Below are positions 6,216 to 16,530 of a DNA stretch of 64,000 nucleotides, piece by piece. The position numbers were made by a program, and so were the translations under genes. Within the stretch, counting starts at the first letter, position 1. Every line of letters begins with the position of its first letter. The notes beneath the pieces are model-generated. The model was not told the origin of the DNA. It was given only the letters and a program-made list of their open reading frames with translations, and did not search any database. This DNA is from a virus (lineage: Duplodnaviria > Caudoviricetes), in the IMG/VR virus record IMGVR_UViG_3300037634_002636, positions 29,081 to 93,080 of that record. One strand, given 5' to 3'.

Positions 6216-8102
6216 ATGATATATTTTGTTGGACCTGAAACAGTATTGTCATGTTGTGAAGTTGCAACTATGGCTGATGTTGTTAAATATTGTAGTGGTA
6301 AAAACTACTTAGGTGTGGATACAGAAACTGAGGGTTTAGACTTTACCTGTGATAAGATGATAATGTTTCAAATAGGTGATGGGGACAATCAGTTTGTAAT
6401 AGATACACGACATGTTAGTATAGAACCATTAAGGTCAGTTCTAGAAGATATTAACATTCAAAAGATCTTTCATAATGTTAAATTTGACTACAAATTCATC
6501 AAGAAATGGTCAAACATTACTTGTCAAGGGGTGTGGGACACATTTCTTGTTGAAGTAGTCTTAAACTGCGGTAAAAGAATAGGTTTTGGATTAAAAGATT
6601 TAGTTAAAAGATATTGTAATGAAGAACTAGATAAAGAAGTAAGAAGCAAGTTTATTGGAGCAAATAAACAATTATTTATAGAGTCTCAAATAATTTATGG
6701 TGCTAAAGATATATCATACTTAAGTAGTATTAAATGGGAACAAGTGCATAAATTAACTAAACTACAATTGGGACCAGTTGCTAATCTTGAGAATGAAGCA
6801 GTACTTGCGTTTGCTGACATTGAATATAATGGATTAGATTTAGATATAGATAAATGGAAATCATTAGAATCAGAATCTATATTGAAAGCAAATGCATTAG
6901 CTATTAATTTAGACGCATTAGTACTTGAAAACTCTAAATTAGACAAATTCATTAAAACACATATTCAAGCGGATATGTTTAAAAGTCTTGATGATATAAG
7001 AAAGATAGATGTTAAATGGACATCACCTAAACAAGTATTAGAGGTATTTAAAACTCTTGTACCTGATTTAGATGATGTAAATGGTAAGAATATGTATAAA
7101 CATAGATTTAAACATGAAATTATAGATACTTATATTAGATATAAAGAAGCTATGAAATTATGCACATCTTATGGAGATGCATTTCTTAAGAATGTTAAAA
7201 ATGATAATAAAATCCATACCAATTTTCACCAAATACTAGACACAGGACGTGTTAGTAGTAGTAAACCTAATATGCAACAGATACCTGCAGATAATAAATA
7301 TAGAAATTGTTTTATAGCTCCTCAAGGTTGGAGTTATGTATCTGCAGATTATAGTTCACAAGAACTGAATGTAATCGCCTTTGGATCTAAGGATCCGGTT
7401 TGGTTGGAGGCTTTAGAAGAAGGTCAAGACTTACATTCAACATGTGCAGAATTAGTTTATGGTAAAGATTGGATGGAAAGTGGAGAAGATAATTGTGCTT
7501 ACCTTAAGAAAAAGGAAAAGTGCAATTGTCCTTCACATAAAAAACTTAGAACAAATGTCAAAACAATCAATTTTGGTCTTGCTTACGGTATGGGTCCTAA
7601 TAAGCTTGCTGATACCCTTAATATTAGTGTGGACGATGCTAAGCTTCTTATTAAGAAGTATTTTAAAGCTTTTCCTGCTATTAAAGGGTTCTTAGATAAA
7701 TTAGGTTCATATGGTGTTAGATATGGTTATATCAAAACATTTCCACCTTATAATAGAAAAAGATGGTTTACTAACTGGTATCCTAAGATATGGGATAGTA
7801 GAGCATCTAAGTTAGAGCTTGGTACTATTGAACGAGCTTCAAAGAATACACCAATTCAAGGAGCTAGTGCAGATATGACTAAACGTGCTTTAATATTAAT
7901 GCGTGAGCACATACAAACATTTGATATTCCTGTTAAAATGGTAATGACTGTACATGATCAGATAGATACTATATGTAAGAATGATTATATAGATCAATGG
8001 AAAGAGGATATTAAAATGATAATGGAATGGGCAGCTGATGAAATAGTAACCAACAAACTATTAAAAGCTGAAGCAACAGTAAGTAATTGTTGGGAGAAAT
8101 AA
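6216..8102 (+). CDS. polA: Family A DNA polymerase with 3'-5' exonuclease domain
   Basis: ExoI DTETEG, ExoII HNVKFD, ExoIII YGAKD; TGRVSSSKPNMQQIP; motif A ADYSSQEL; motif B RTNVKTINFGLAYG; NTPIQGASADMTK; motif C VHDQ. Confidence 0.97.
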   Translation: MIYFVGPETVLSCCEVATMADVVKYCSGKNYLGVDTETEGLDFTCDKMIMFQIGDGDNQFVIDTRHVSIEPLRSVLEDINIQKIFHNVKFDYKFIKKWSNITCQGVWDTFLVEVVLNCGKRIGFGLKDLVKRYCNEELDKEVRSKFIGANKQLFIESQIIYGAKDISYLSSIKWEQVHKLTKLQLGPVANLENEAVLAFADIEYNGLDLDIDKWKSLESESILKANALAINLDALVLENSKLDKFIKTHIQADMFKSLDDIRKIDVKWTSPKQVLEVFKTLVPDLDDVNGKNMYKHRFKHEIIDTYIRYKEAMKLCTSYGDAFLKNVKNDNKIHTNFHQILDTGRVSSSKPNMQQIPADNKYRNCFIAPQGWSYVSADYSSQELNVIAFGSKDPVWLEALEEGQDLHSTCAELVYGKDWMESGEDNCAYLKKKEKCNCPSHKKLRTNVKTINFGLAYGMGPNKLADTLNISVDDAKLLIKKYFKAFPAIKGFLDKLGSYGVRYGYIKTFPPYNRKRWFTNWYPKIWDSRASKLELGTIERASKNTPIQGASADMTKRALILMREHIQTFDIPVKMVMTVHDQIDTICKNDYIDQWKEDIKMIMEWAADEIVTNKLLKAEATVSNCWEK

Positions 8103-8202
8103 CAAGTATTACGAAGGGGTGGATATAAAGGCGTTTTTGCCGTAACAGTTGATACTATTATCCACCCTGGAGTAATTTAAATATTAATCAAAAATAATAA
8201 AA

Positions 8203-8352
8203 ATGGCAATAGAAGCAATAACATTTATAGCACTAGTTCTTTTAATAATAATTTTTCTTGGAAGAATAGCATTATCTGAAGGACGTAGAGCAGAAGAAAG
8301 AAAGAAATTAAGAGAGAACCTTAAAAAATTTGATGATGAAAGAAATAGATGA
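8203..8352 (+). CDS. 49-aa single-TM membrane protein (not in the ORF track)
   Basis: MAIEAITFIALVLLIIIFLGRIALSEGRRAEERKKLRENLKKFDDERNR, with an A-rich initiation context. Confidence 0.55.
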   Translation: MAIEAITFIALVLLIIIFLGRIALSEGRRAEERKKLRENLKKFDDERNR

Positions 8353-8426
8353 AATGTTAGATAGATGGATATTTAATTCTATTATAAGAAAAAAGTTAAG
8401 AAATTTAATAATTAAAAAATTAAAAC

Positions 8427-8789
8427 ATGGTAAATAAAAAATTAGTTAGATATTTTATAAATGAATGTAAAAGAGATCAAGAATGGGAAGAACGTTGGAT
8501 TGCAAATTATATTGAAATGGATAATTTTTTTAAATATAGTGGTAGAATTGAAAAAACTACAAATATAATAGAATGTTATTATAGTCAAGGTAAATATGGT
8601 ATGATGCTTGAGAAGCCTATATTAAAAGCAAAAGATCCAGTAGTTAGATGGTATTTCCAAAATCCAAATGAATCTATGTATAATATAGCAATTAGATTTA
8701 ATGTTAGTTATAAAGAAGTAAGTAATAGAATCAGTAAATATTTAAAGACAAGAACGAATGAACAAGGTAAAAAAATATTTACATTATGA
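8427..8789 (+). CDS. Putative HTH DNA-binding protein
   Basis: C-terminal NPNESMYNIAIRFNVSYKEVSNRISKYL is HTH-like. Confidence 0.6.
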   Translation: MVNKKLVRYFINECKRDQEWEERWIANYIEMDNFFKYSGRIEKTTNIIECYYSQGKYGMMLEKPILKAKDPVVRWYFQNPNESMYNIAIRFNVSYKEVSNRISKYLKTRTNEQGKKIFTL

Positions 8790-8986
8790 GTAGTTTAAGA
8801 GATCAGTTAAAAAGAAATAAAACAGTAAGAGGAAGACGCTGGACCATACGTAGAAACAAAGAAAACAAATTAACAGAGGTTAAAATGATATTTGACCCTC
8901 ATGTTTATAAAACTTTTAAGAACTCTAAGAAAATGTATGGAGATAAAGCACTTCTTAAAATATTAAATAAAGAATTTAAAGAATAA
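8786..8986 (+). CDS. Small basic hypothetical protein
   Basis: 66 aa, ATGA-coupled to the upstream gene. Confidence 0.6.
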   Translation: MSSLRDQLKRNKTVRGRRWTIRRNKENKLTEVKMIFDPHVYKTFKNSKKMYGDKALLKILNKEFKE

Positions 8987-8990
8987 AATT

Positions 8991-9650
8991 ATGGAATACA
9001 CAATTATAGGGCACCCATTAATGTTAGTAGCAGGGTGTTTAATCGCAGGTATAAGTTTAGGTGCATTTTTTATGTATCGTAAGTATAATATAGATATACA
9101 CTTACTAGAAACAGACCTAGGTATAGCTCATGAAAGGCTAAGAGAATTACTCGGACAATACAATGTTGTACGTTCAAAAAAAGATAAAATTACTCCTACA
9201 AAGCTTGATGATTCATTTAAAGCACAACTTCAAATAAAGGATGATACTATCGACAGGCTCAATGGTTTACTAGAGTCTAAAACTACTCAATTAGAGCATG
9301 ATTCTAAAAACTTAGAAATTGCAGCTTCACAAATTTTAGTATTAGAAGGTAGAATATCTAAAAATAAAAAAGTAGCTATTGAAAGAGAAGAAGAATTAGT
9401 AAAAGCTTTAACAAAGATAAATGATCACTTATCTACTATAGATGATTTAGAGTCTAATAATAGATCTGAAGGTATACAATTAAAATCTAGTAATGATGAA
9501 ATCGATGATCTTAAGAAAACTATTAAAATAAGAGATAATAAATTAGAAAGATTAAATACAAGAGTAACAGAATTAGAGAGTGAATTAGAAGAGCATAAAC
9601 CTATAGAAGGTGAAACTGGATATTATAAAAAAATGAAAAAATTTAATTAA
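8991..9650 (+). CDS. Membrane-anchored coiled-coil protein
   Basis: N-terminal TM (LMLVAGCLIAGISLGAFFM) followed by about 170 aa of heptads. Confidence 0.7.
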   Translation: MEYTIIGHPLMLVAGCLIAGISLGAFFMYRKYNIDIHLLETDLGIAHERLRELLGQYNVVRSKKDKITPTKLDDSFKAQLQIKDDTIDRLNGLLESKTTQLEHDSKNLEIAASQILVLEGRISKNKKVAIEREEELVKALTKINDHLSTIDDLESNNRSEGIQLKSSNDEIDDLKKTIKIRDNKLERLNTRVTELESELEEHKPIEGETGYYKKMKKFN

Positions 9651-9655
9651 AAATT

Positions 9656-9823
9656 ATGAAAAAAAGAAAGCTGGGAAGCAAAAATCCAAAGTATAAATCA
9701 GTAGAAGAAATAGGAGAGAAAGTAATCCTTAAAAGAGTTCATATGTGTGATGCTAAAATAAGAACAGCAAGCGGTAAAGACACAGGATTTACTGCTGCAG
9801 TACATAGTATATGGTATGAATGA
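9656..9823 (+). CDS. 55-aa hypothetical protein (not in the ORF track)
   Basis: MKKRKLGSKNPKYKSVEE...AVHSIWYE fills the gap and overlaps the next start. Confidence 0.55.
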   Translation: MKKRKLGSKNPKYKSVEEIGEKVILKRVHMCDAKIRTASGKDTGFTAAVHSIWYE

Positions 9824-10052
9824 AGAAGATATAGAAGAGATTTTAGGTTATAATTATTGGCCTGTTGTAGATTTAGCTTGGATACCAAATAAATCTCATC
9901 CCCCAGCATTTATTGCTAAATTATATAAGAATGTTACTCGTGGTAAACGTAAAGGTTGGAGATTAATAAAAACAAGATCTTTTAAAACACCACTAGAAGC
10001 TTGGGATTATCTAAAAGAAACTTTAGCAGATACATTAAAATTTGTATTATGA
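9816..10052 (+). CDS. Hypothetical protein
   Basis: 78-aa ORF within the operon. Confidence 0.6.
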   Translation: MNEEDIEEILGYNYWPVVDLAWIPNKSHPPAFIAKLYKNVTRGKRKGWRLIKTRSFKTPLEAWDYLKETLADTLKFVL

Positions 10053-11272
10053 TAACACAACAATTAAAACTTTTTAAAATGGATACAAATGATTTAAGAG
10101 ATCAGCAACAACGAAAAGCCCTTAATAATTGGGCTATAAATGGATTTGAAGGTAGTATAATAGCAGGGACTGGTTTTGGTAAATCTAGATGTGGTGTTAT
10201 AGCAGTAGGTGAAACTATTAAACGTTTAACTGAATATAATGATTATGGCGAACGTATTGTATATATTACAGGCTTAATATTAGTACCAACAACACAACTA
10301 AAAGATCAGTTTAGAGAAGAATTTATTAAATGGGGATATGAAAATGTATTAGATACTGTAGATATTATGTGCTACCAAAGTGCTTATAAAATGACAGGTA
10401 GACATTATGATATAGTAGTATGTGATGAAATACATTTAGGACTATCTAAAGAATATCGTAAATTCTTTGACAATAATGTATTTGATCGTTTATTATGTAT
10501 GACTGCTACATTACCTGAAGAATTTGAATATAAAGAGTTATTAGTAGAGATGGCACCTATTGTATATGAAATTACATTAGATGAATGTGTTGATCTTGGG
10601 CTAGTGTCTCCTTATAATATTATATGTAAACCTTTAGAATTAACATATAATGAACGAACTAAGTACAAAAAAATAAATAATAGATTTGTTTATTGGAAAG
10701 GTCAATTAGGTAACTTTGATGCTTGGGAAAATGCTAGTTATATATTAAAAAATATATCTGCAAGTCCTGAAGAAAAAAAAGCTGCCATACAATTCTATAA
10801 AGCTATAAGAGAACGTAAGAAAATTATAGATTTTGCAGAAAATAAAATAGAAACATTTAAAGATATAGTATTAAATAATCCTAATAAAAGAATACTTGCA
10901 TTTAGTGGTGCTAATGAATTTACTGATATATTAACAGATTCAGTAATACCATTAGCGCAAGCTTATCATTCAAAGAAAACTAAGAAACAAAGAAAAAGGG
11001 CTTTAGAGCATTTTAAGAGTGGTATGATAAATGTATTATGTTCAACTAAGGCTTTGAACCAAGGATTTGATGTGCCGGACGCCAACATGGGTATTGTATG
11101 TGGATTGACAAGTAAGTCTCTGCCTATGATACAAAGAGTTGGTAGGTTAATTAGATTTCAAGAAGATAAGACAGGTGAAATTATAATATTATATATTAAA
11201 GATAGCCAAGAAGAGAAATGGCTAAAGAATGCAGTTAAGAATTTAAACAACGTAAAATTTGAAGAATCATGA
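10049..11272 (+). CDS. Superfamily 2 (DExH) helicase
   Basis: GTGFGKS, LVPT, DEIH, MTAT, GFDVP, QRVGR. Start probably ATG 10049 (ATGA overlap) or 10079. Confidence 0.92.
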   Translation: MITQQLKLFKMDTNDLRDQQQRKALNNWAINGFEGSIIAGTGFGKSRCGVIAVGETIKRLTEYNDYGERIVYITGLILVPTTQLKDQFREEFIKWGYENVLDTVDIMCYQSAYKMTGRHYDIVVCDEIHLGLSKEYRKFFDNNVFDRLLCMTATLPEEFEYKELLVEMAPIVYEITLDECVDLGLVSPYNIICKPLELTYNERTKYKKINNRFVYWKGQLGNFDAWENASYILKNISASPEEKKAAIQFYKAIRERKKIIDFAENKIETFKDIVLNNPNKRILAFSGANEFTDILTDSVIPLAQAYHSKKTKKQRKRALEHFKSGMINVLCSTKALNQGFDVPDANMGIVCGLTSKSLPMIQRVGRLIRFQEDKTGEIIILYIKDSQEEKWLKNAVKNLNNVKFEES

Positions 11273-11790
11273 AAATAGAAATAGATTTAGAACTCTTAGA
11301 TGAGTTAAAATTAACACCTAATGAATACATTGCTTTACATTGTAAACATAAAGAGATTGAAAGAGAATCTTATGGAGATTTAAGATTTGGCCATTTACAA
11401 GCAGAAGGATGGTTAGATGAAGAGTGGGAATTAACTGATAAGTGGCTAGATTTATTTGCAGCAGATTTTGATGATTTGTTTAAAGAGTTACTTTCAGTTT
11501 ATCCTGCAATAGTAGAGTCTCCGGGTAGAGGTAGGCGTGTATTACATGCTAAGGACCCGGATGCTTATACTAATATGAAAGCTAAGAACAGGTACCGTAA
11601 AATTACTAATGAAAAAGTAGCAAAGCATAAAGAGATTATGAGACTCTTATATATCCAATTAGAAACAGATAAAGATAGTCTTGGGTATATGCAGAAACTA
11701 GAAACATGGCTTAATAATTATACGTGGGAAGATTACATAGATATTAACTTAGAAGAAAATAACGATGGAAGAATCACAAGATCCCTTTAA
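11269..11790 (+). CDS. Putative replication initiator / helicase loader
   Basis: Directly precedes DnaB; F.ELLSVYP and YMQKLETWLNNYTWE resemble phage replisome-organiser C-termini. Confidence 0.5.
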   Translation: MKIEIDLELLDELKLTPNEYIALHCKHKEIERESYGDLRFGHLQAEGWLDEEWELTDKWLDLFAADFDDLFKELLSVYPAIVESPGRGRRVLHAKDPDAYTNMKAKNRYRKITNEKVAKHKEIMRLLYIQLETDKDSLGYMQKLETWLNNYTWEDYIDINLEENNDGRITRSL

Positions 11791-12688
11791 AGGGTTTCAA
11801 AAAATAGGTAAGGCAGTAAAACAATCGCTTACTGTAGTAAAGAATGCTATGCTTGGTCGACGAGATGTTATACCTACTAAGTGGCCAAGATTAAATCGTA
11901 ATTTATTAGGTGGTTTACAAAAAGGTAAACTATATGTTATTGCGGGACGTCCTGGAGTGGGTAAATCAGCATTTAGTAATCAAATGATATTTGATATATT
12001 AGATGTTAATGTTAACCACTCTATTGTTGTATTATATTGGACATTTGAAATGCCAGGATATCAACAAATAATGAGAAGCGCCTCTAAAGACCTTAAAAAG
12101 GGGTTAGGAGAGTTATTTTCTTTAGACAATCCTTTATCTAAGGATGATTTTGATAGATACGCTGCTAATGCTATTAGATATAATAAATATGAAATATATT
12201 TTAATAATCATCCTAGAAGTATGAATTCTATAATAGAATCTAATGAAAATATATTTATAGCATATCCAGATAAAACTATTATTAATATATTTGATCATTC
12301 TAGGCTAATTAAAGGTAAAGCAGAAACAGAATTACAACGCTTAAATGTAGTATCTAAAGGATGTATGGAAATGCAATCTAAAATGGGAGCTATAAATATC
12401 TTGTTATCTCAGTTAAATAGAAATATAGAACAAGAGCATCGTGCAAAGAACCAATACCAACCATTACTGACAGATTTATTCGGGGGTGATAGTATTGGGC
12501 AGGATGCTCATGTAGTTATGATACTTAACAGACCAAATGATTTATATGGAATTACAGGAACCTATTGTGACGAGGATCCTGTTGGATTATTAGCATGTCA
12601 CGTAGAAAAGAACAGAGATGGAATGTTAGGTATGATACCATATCAAGCAGAAATGTCTACATTTACAATTAACGAAAGAAAAAAATAA
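11765..12688 (+). CDS. dnaB: DnaB-like replicative helicase (ATPase domain only)
   Basis: GRPGVGKS, FEM, IFDH, LSQLNR, SIGQDAHVV, KNRDG. Confidence 0.93.
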   Translation: MEESQDPFKGFQKIGKAVKQSLTVVKNAMLGRRDVIPTKWPRLNRNLLGGLQKGKLYVIAGRPGVGKSAFSNQMIFDILDVNVNHSIVVLYWTFEMPGYQQIMRSASKDLKKGLGELFSLDNPLSKDDFDRYAANAIRYNKYEIYFNNHPRSMNSIIESNENIFIAYPDKTIINIFDHSRLIKGKAETELQRLNVVSKGCMEMQSKMGAINILLSQLNRNIEQEHRAKNQYQPLLTDLFGGDSIGQDAHVVMILNRPNDLYGITGTYCDEDPVGLLACHVEKNRDGMLGMIPYQAEMSTFTINERKK

Positions 12689-12691
12689 ATT

Positions 12692-12901
12692 ATGTCAAAA
12701 AAAAGAGCAATTGAAATCGTTCAAGATTTAATGCAAACTATTAATAAAATGGAAGTTAAATCAATTATTACAAAATCTGGTAATTCAATTTTTAAGCATC
12801 CATCAGTATCTAAAACATCTTTAATAAGAAAAAAAGATAAATTAATAAAAAAATACAATCTTAATAAAAAAGAATATGGAATTACCAAAAACGAAGGTTA
12901 A
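12692..12901 (+). CDS. Small basic hypothetical protein
   Basis: 69-aa ORF within the operon. Confidence 0.55.
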   Translation: MSKKRAIEIVQDLMQTINKMEVKSIITKSGNSIFKHPSVSKTSLIRKKDKLIKKYNLNKKEYGITKNEG

Positions 12902-13574
12902 AGCGAGCCGTAAATCGCCTAAGAATATGATAATATACGGTCCCCCTAAAATAGGTAAAACTAGTGTATTAGCAGAACTAGATAATTGTTTAATTATTGA
13001 TTTAGAAGATGGTTCAGATATGGTTGATGCTTTAAAAATTAAAGTGAATAGCTTAGAAGAATTAACTGAAGTTGGTAAAGAAATAATAAAAAACAAAAAA
13101 CCATATAAATATGTAGCTATTGATACTATCTCAAAGTTAGAAGAGTGGTGTGAAGCAGAAGCTAAAGAACTTTATATGAAAACTCCTATGGGTAAAAACT
13201 TTAATCAAAAGTATCCTGGAATGTCAATACTATCATTGCCAAACGGCGGTGGCTATTTATATTTAAGAATAGCCTTTAAAAAATGGGTAGATAAATTGAA
13301 CAAACTAGCAGATCATGTGATTTTAGTTGGTCATCTTAAGGATAAAATGCTTGATAAGAAAGGTCAGGAAGTAGTTGTAAAAGATTTAGATTTGACTGGA
13401 AAACTTAAGCAAATAACATGTGCAGGATCTGATGCAATTGGTTATATTAGCCGTGAAGGTAATGAGACTATAATCTCATTTGATTCTTTACAAGATGTAA
13501 CTGGAGGTACTAGATGCCCGCATTTAATAGGGAAGACCATGCCCTTGGACTGGTCACAGATATTTATAGATTAA
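12876..13574 (+). CDS. AAA_24 / Sak4-like ATPase (putative ssDNA annealing protein)
   Basis: YGPPKIGKT, IDLEDG, VAIDTIS, ILVGH; followed by an SSB-like gene. Confidence 0.8.
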   Translation: MELPKTKVKASRKSPKNMIIYGPPKIGKTSVLAELDNCLIIDLEDGSDMVDALKIKVNSLEELTEVGKEIIKNKKPYKYVAIDTISKLEEWCEAEAKELYMKTPMGKNFNQKYPGMSILSLPNGGGYLYLRIAFKKWVDKLNKLADHVILVGHLKDKMLDKKGQEVVVKDLDLTGKLKQITCAGSDAIGYISREGNETIISFDSLQDVTGGTRCPHLIGKTMPLDWSQIFID

Positions 13575-13582
13575 AATAACAA

Positions 13583-13960
13583 ATGATTGAAGCAAATGAA
13601 CCAACTAATGGCACGGTTGTAAAACAAGAAACGCCAGAAAGAATTACCACTACTCAGATCATAGAAGATTTAGAAAATGGTATAAATAGAGATGGAATTA
13701 AAGAGAAGTACAGTTTAGAAACTTGGATGGTTACTCAATTATTTCAACATCCTAAGTTAAAAGGTAAAAAAGCTAAAAAAATTAGAAAATTACCTTTTCA
13801 AATTATAGATGATACTGTAGAAGAAGCATATGGAGTAGATAAACCTTCTAGTATACTTGATATAGAAGCTACAATAGATGATCCTAATCAAACTGTTATA
13901 GAAATAGATGCTGTAACTTCTTTTGAAGAAGAAGATTCAAATGAATTTAATAATTATTAA
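13583..13960 (+). CDS. Hypothetical protein with HTH-like N-terminus and acidic tail
   Basis: DLENGINRDGIKEKYSL...LFQHPKLKGKK; acidic C-terminus. Confidence 0.6.
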   Translation: MIEANEPTNGTVVKQETPERITTTQIIEDLENGINRDGIKEKYSLETWMVTQLFQHPKLKGKKAKKIRKLPFQIIDDTVEEAYGVDKPSSILDIEATIDDPNQTVIEIDAVTSFEEEDSNEFNNY

Positions 13961-13971
13961 AAATTAAGAAA

Positions 13972-14730
13972 ATGATAGAAAGTAACGACAGCTCAAAGGA
14001 AGTTTTGGGCACAATTAAATTATGGGCAGGATTAACTAATATGGAAGTTAAAGCTGTAAACCCGACAATGGCAGAATTACATGCTATGGGTATAAATGTT
14101 AAACAAGAACCAAATTATGAGATAGAATTACAACCTGGTAGACCTGTTTTTAAAGTTGTGTTTTGGGTAAGCAATCCTGATCTTACAACTAAGGTAGAAT
14201 TTTTATTAGAGAATAATCCTAAGAAAACTAGAGATGGAATAAAAACTCAATGGGTTAATGATTTTGGTCAGTTTATATATGCCGCTGAAATAGAAGATTT
14301 AGCACAATGGGATTGGTATAAAACTGAAGGTGTTAGAGCTGCATATCCTAATGAAGAGAAATTAATTAAATTTATTAAAGCTTGGGCTAATGTTGCAAGT
14401 GGAGGTAAAGTTAGTTTAGAAACTATGGATAAAATTACTTCAGGTACTGATCTTTCAGAACTTAAACAATTAGTTACTCAATTATCTAATAATAGAGTTA
14501 GAGTATTGGTTGGAGTTAAAGATGGTAAATATCAAAATGTATATACACATTATTTTGGTAGAACTCAAAAATCTGGTGATCATTATTTTGTTAAAGAACT
14601 TAATGGAGAATATTCAAGTTTTAATGCTGAATTCCCTGGAGATTTACAATGGGGACAATTTACACCTCAATTATCAGTAACACAACCAGATGAAGAAAAA
14701 GCTCCAGCTGAAACAGATGATTGGGTATAA
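13972..14730 (+). CDS. Putative single-stranded DNA-binding protein
   Basis: Lies between the Sak4-like ATPase and primase; aromatic/beta-rich with acidic tail ending ETDDWV. Confidence 0.55.
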   Translation: MIESNDSSKEVLGTIKLWAGLTNMEVKAVNPTMAELHAMGINVKQEPNYEIELQPGRPVFKVVFWVSNPDLTTKVEFLLENNPKKTRDGIKTQWVNDFGQFIYAAEIEDLAQWDWYKTEGVRAAYPNEEKLIKFIKAWANVASGGKVSLETMDKITSGTDLSELKQLVTQLSNNRVRVLVGVKDGKYQNVYTHYFGRTQKSGDHYFVKELNGEYSSFNAEFPGDLQWGQFTPQLSVTQPDEEKAPAETDDWV

Positions 14731-15773
14731 TGATTGAAAGTAGAGATAGTGATGCTTACCTTCATACGGATGTAATATTAAAGAAAATATCACCTTATGA
14801 TATATTTAGATATTATTGTAACCCGTTTACAGATGTAGGAAAAAGGTTTTGTAGTGAACTTAGAGAGGACACTTCAAACGATAGTGTTATTATAGCCTGG
14901 AATGGAGGACTGTTATACAAAGACTTTGGGCACCCAGAGCACACGTTTAACTGTTTTACATATGTAAGCTATAAACATGGATGTAACTTTCACGAAGCTT
15001 TACAAATAATTGATATAGATTTTAATTTAGGACTAGGTTCTAGGGATCTTGGAGTACGCTCTGAGAGACCTAAGCCTGTCTTATATAATAAACAGATTGA
15101 ACAACACAAGAAACTAACAATTATTAAGAAAAAGAAACGTGCATGGAACATGTATGATCAAATATTTTGGACTCCGTTTAATATAACTAAAAAGATTTTA
15201 AAAGATTTTCTTGTTGAACCAATATCACATTATTGGATTAATGAGAATAGATTTGTATGTAAATCTATTACTTATGCTTATAGAATAGGGCTAAAATATA
15301 AGATATATGCACCAAAAGAATTGGAAAGGAAATGGTTTTCAAATACTAATTCAACTCAAATTCAAGGATTGCATATGATAAAAGGACTCGAAGGCACACT
15401 AGTTATAACCTCCTCACTAAAGGATGTAATGACTCTGTATAGTATTGGAATCCCGGCTATTGCGTTTCAAAGTGAAACAACAATGCCTGATGAAAATATA
15501 GTAGAACAGCTTAAAAGTCGTTTTAATTGTATAATTTTGTTTTACGATACTGATCTTGCTGGTCAAACTATGGCAGAAAGAATTTGTGGTACATTTGGAT
15601 TCTTAAATGTTAAGTTAGATGAAGATTATGCAAGTAAAGATATATCAGATTTTATAGCAAATGAATATGTTCAAAGAGGTAAAGAATGGAGAATTAATCA
15701 TATTAAAGAATTAATACATAGTGTACAAAGTCATGAGAAGATACAAGAAAAGACCAAAAAACAAGAAAGTTAG
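14730..15773 (+). CDS. DNA primase (Toprim)
   Basis: N-terminal CSELRED...YKDFG region; Toprim ITSSLKDVM and YDTDLAG; KDISD. Start likely ATG 14730 (TAATG overlap). Confidence 0.85.
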   Translation: MIESRDSDAYLHTDVILKKISPYDIFRYYCNPFTDVGKRFCSELREDTSNDSVIIAWNGGLLYKDFGHPEHTFNCFTYVSYKHGCNFHEALQIIDIDFNLGLGSRDLGVRSERPKPVLYNKQIEQHKKLTIIKKKKRAWNMYDQIFWTPFNITKKILKDFLVEPISHYWINENRFVCKSITYAYRIGLKYKIYAPKELERKWFSNTNSTQIQGLHMIKGLEGTLVITSSLKDVMTLYSIGIPAIAFQSETTMPDENIVEQLKSRFNCIILFYDTDLAGQTMAERICGTFGFLNVKLDEDYASKDISDFIANEYVQRGKEWRINHIKELIHSVQSHEKIQEKTKKQES

Positions 15774-16179
15774 AAATGCAGTAGCTAGTTCTTATAAAGG
15801 AATAAAGTTTAGATCAAAATTAGAATTATTCACTTATAAAAAATTAGAAGAAGCTGGTATTAAATCATTATATGAAAAGAAAAAATTCATATTAATGGAA
15901 GGCTTTCGTTTTAGTAATAGGTCTGTAGAACCTCATAAAAGTAAAGGATATATAGACATGACCACCAAAATTAGAGATATAACATATACTCCTGATTTTG
16001 TGGATCCTAATGGTGCTTGGATAATAGAAGTTAAAGGCTTTGCCAATGACGTCTTCCCACTTAAGTGGAAATTATTTAAACAACATCTTATGGATCATGG
16101 TCATGGCTATGTCCTTTTTCTACCAAAGAATCAAAAGCAAGTTCTAGAAACAATAGAACTAATCAAACAAATAGGTTAA
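15721..16179 (+). CDS. PD-(D/E)XK endonuclease (DUF1064-like, possible resolvase)
   Basis: GIKFRSKLE, YTPDF, IEVKG. Confidence 0.85.
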   Translation: MYKVMRRYKKRPKNKKVRNAVASSYKGIKFRSKLELFTYKKLEEAGIKSLYEKKKFILMEGFRFSNRSVEPHKSKGYIDMTTKIRDITYTPDFVDPNGAWIIEVKGFANDVFPLKWKLFKQHLMDHGHGYVLFLPKNQKQVLETIELIKQIG

Positions 16180-16263
16180 GGTTTTTCCATCAGAGGAACA
16201 TTAAATGAGGGTCTAATTGTGACCACAGCCTTTTCCTTTTTATTAATTAATCAAATTAAAATT

Positions 16264-16530
16264 ATGGCCTATATGGTAAGCCCTTGCTGTGGGGCAGAAT
16301 ATAACAGTGATGAAGTTCCTATAAGTACTTGTTGCGGGGCTAAAAAACAAGAAGATTCTGAGTTATGTGCAGATTTTGATTGTTTAGAGCATGCAGATTT
16401 TTTAGAATACCAATGCGTAAATTGTAGTGATTGGTTTGAAGAGCCTGAAGAAGACTATGAGTATAAAGAACGTATGAAAGAATCTATTGCGGAAGATCGT
16501 ATGGATGAAAAAAGAGATATGGGAGAATGA
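16264..16530 (+). CDS. Cys-rich putative zinc-binding protein
   Basis: SPCCGA, TCCGA, CADFDC.EH, CVNC; acidic. Start likely ATG 16264. Confidence 0.65.
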   Translation: MAYMVSPCCGAEYNSDEVPISTCCGAKKQEDSELCADFDCLEHADFLEYQCVNCSDWFEEPEEDYEYKERMKESIAEDRMDEKRDMGE

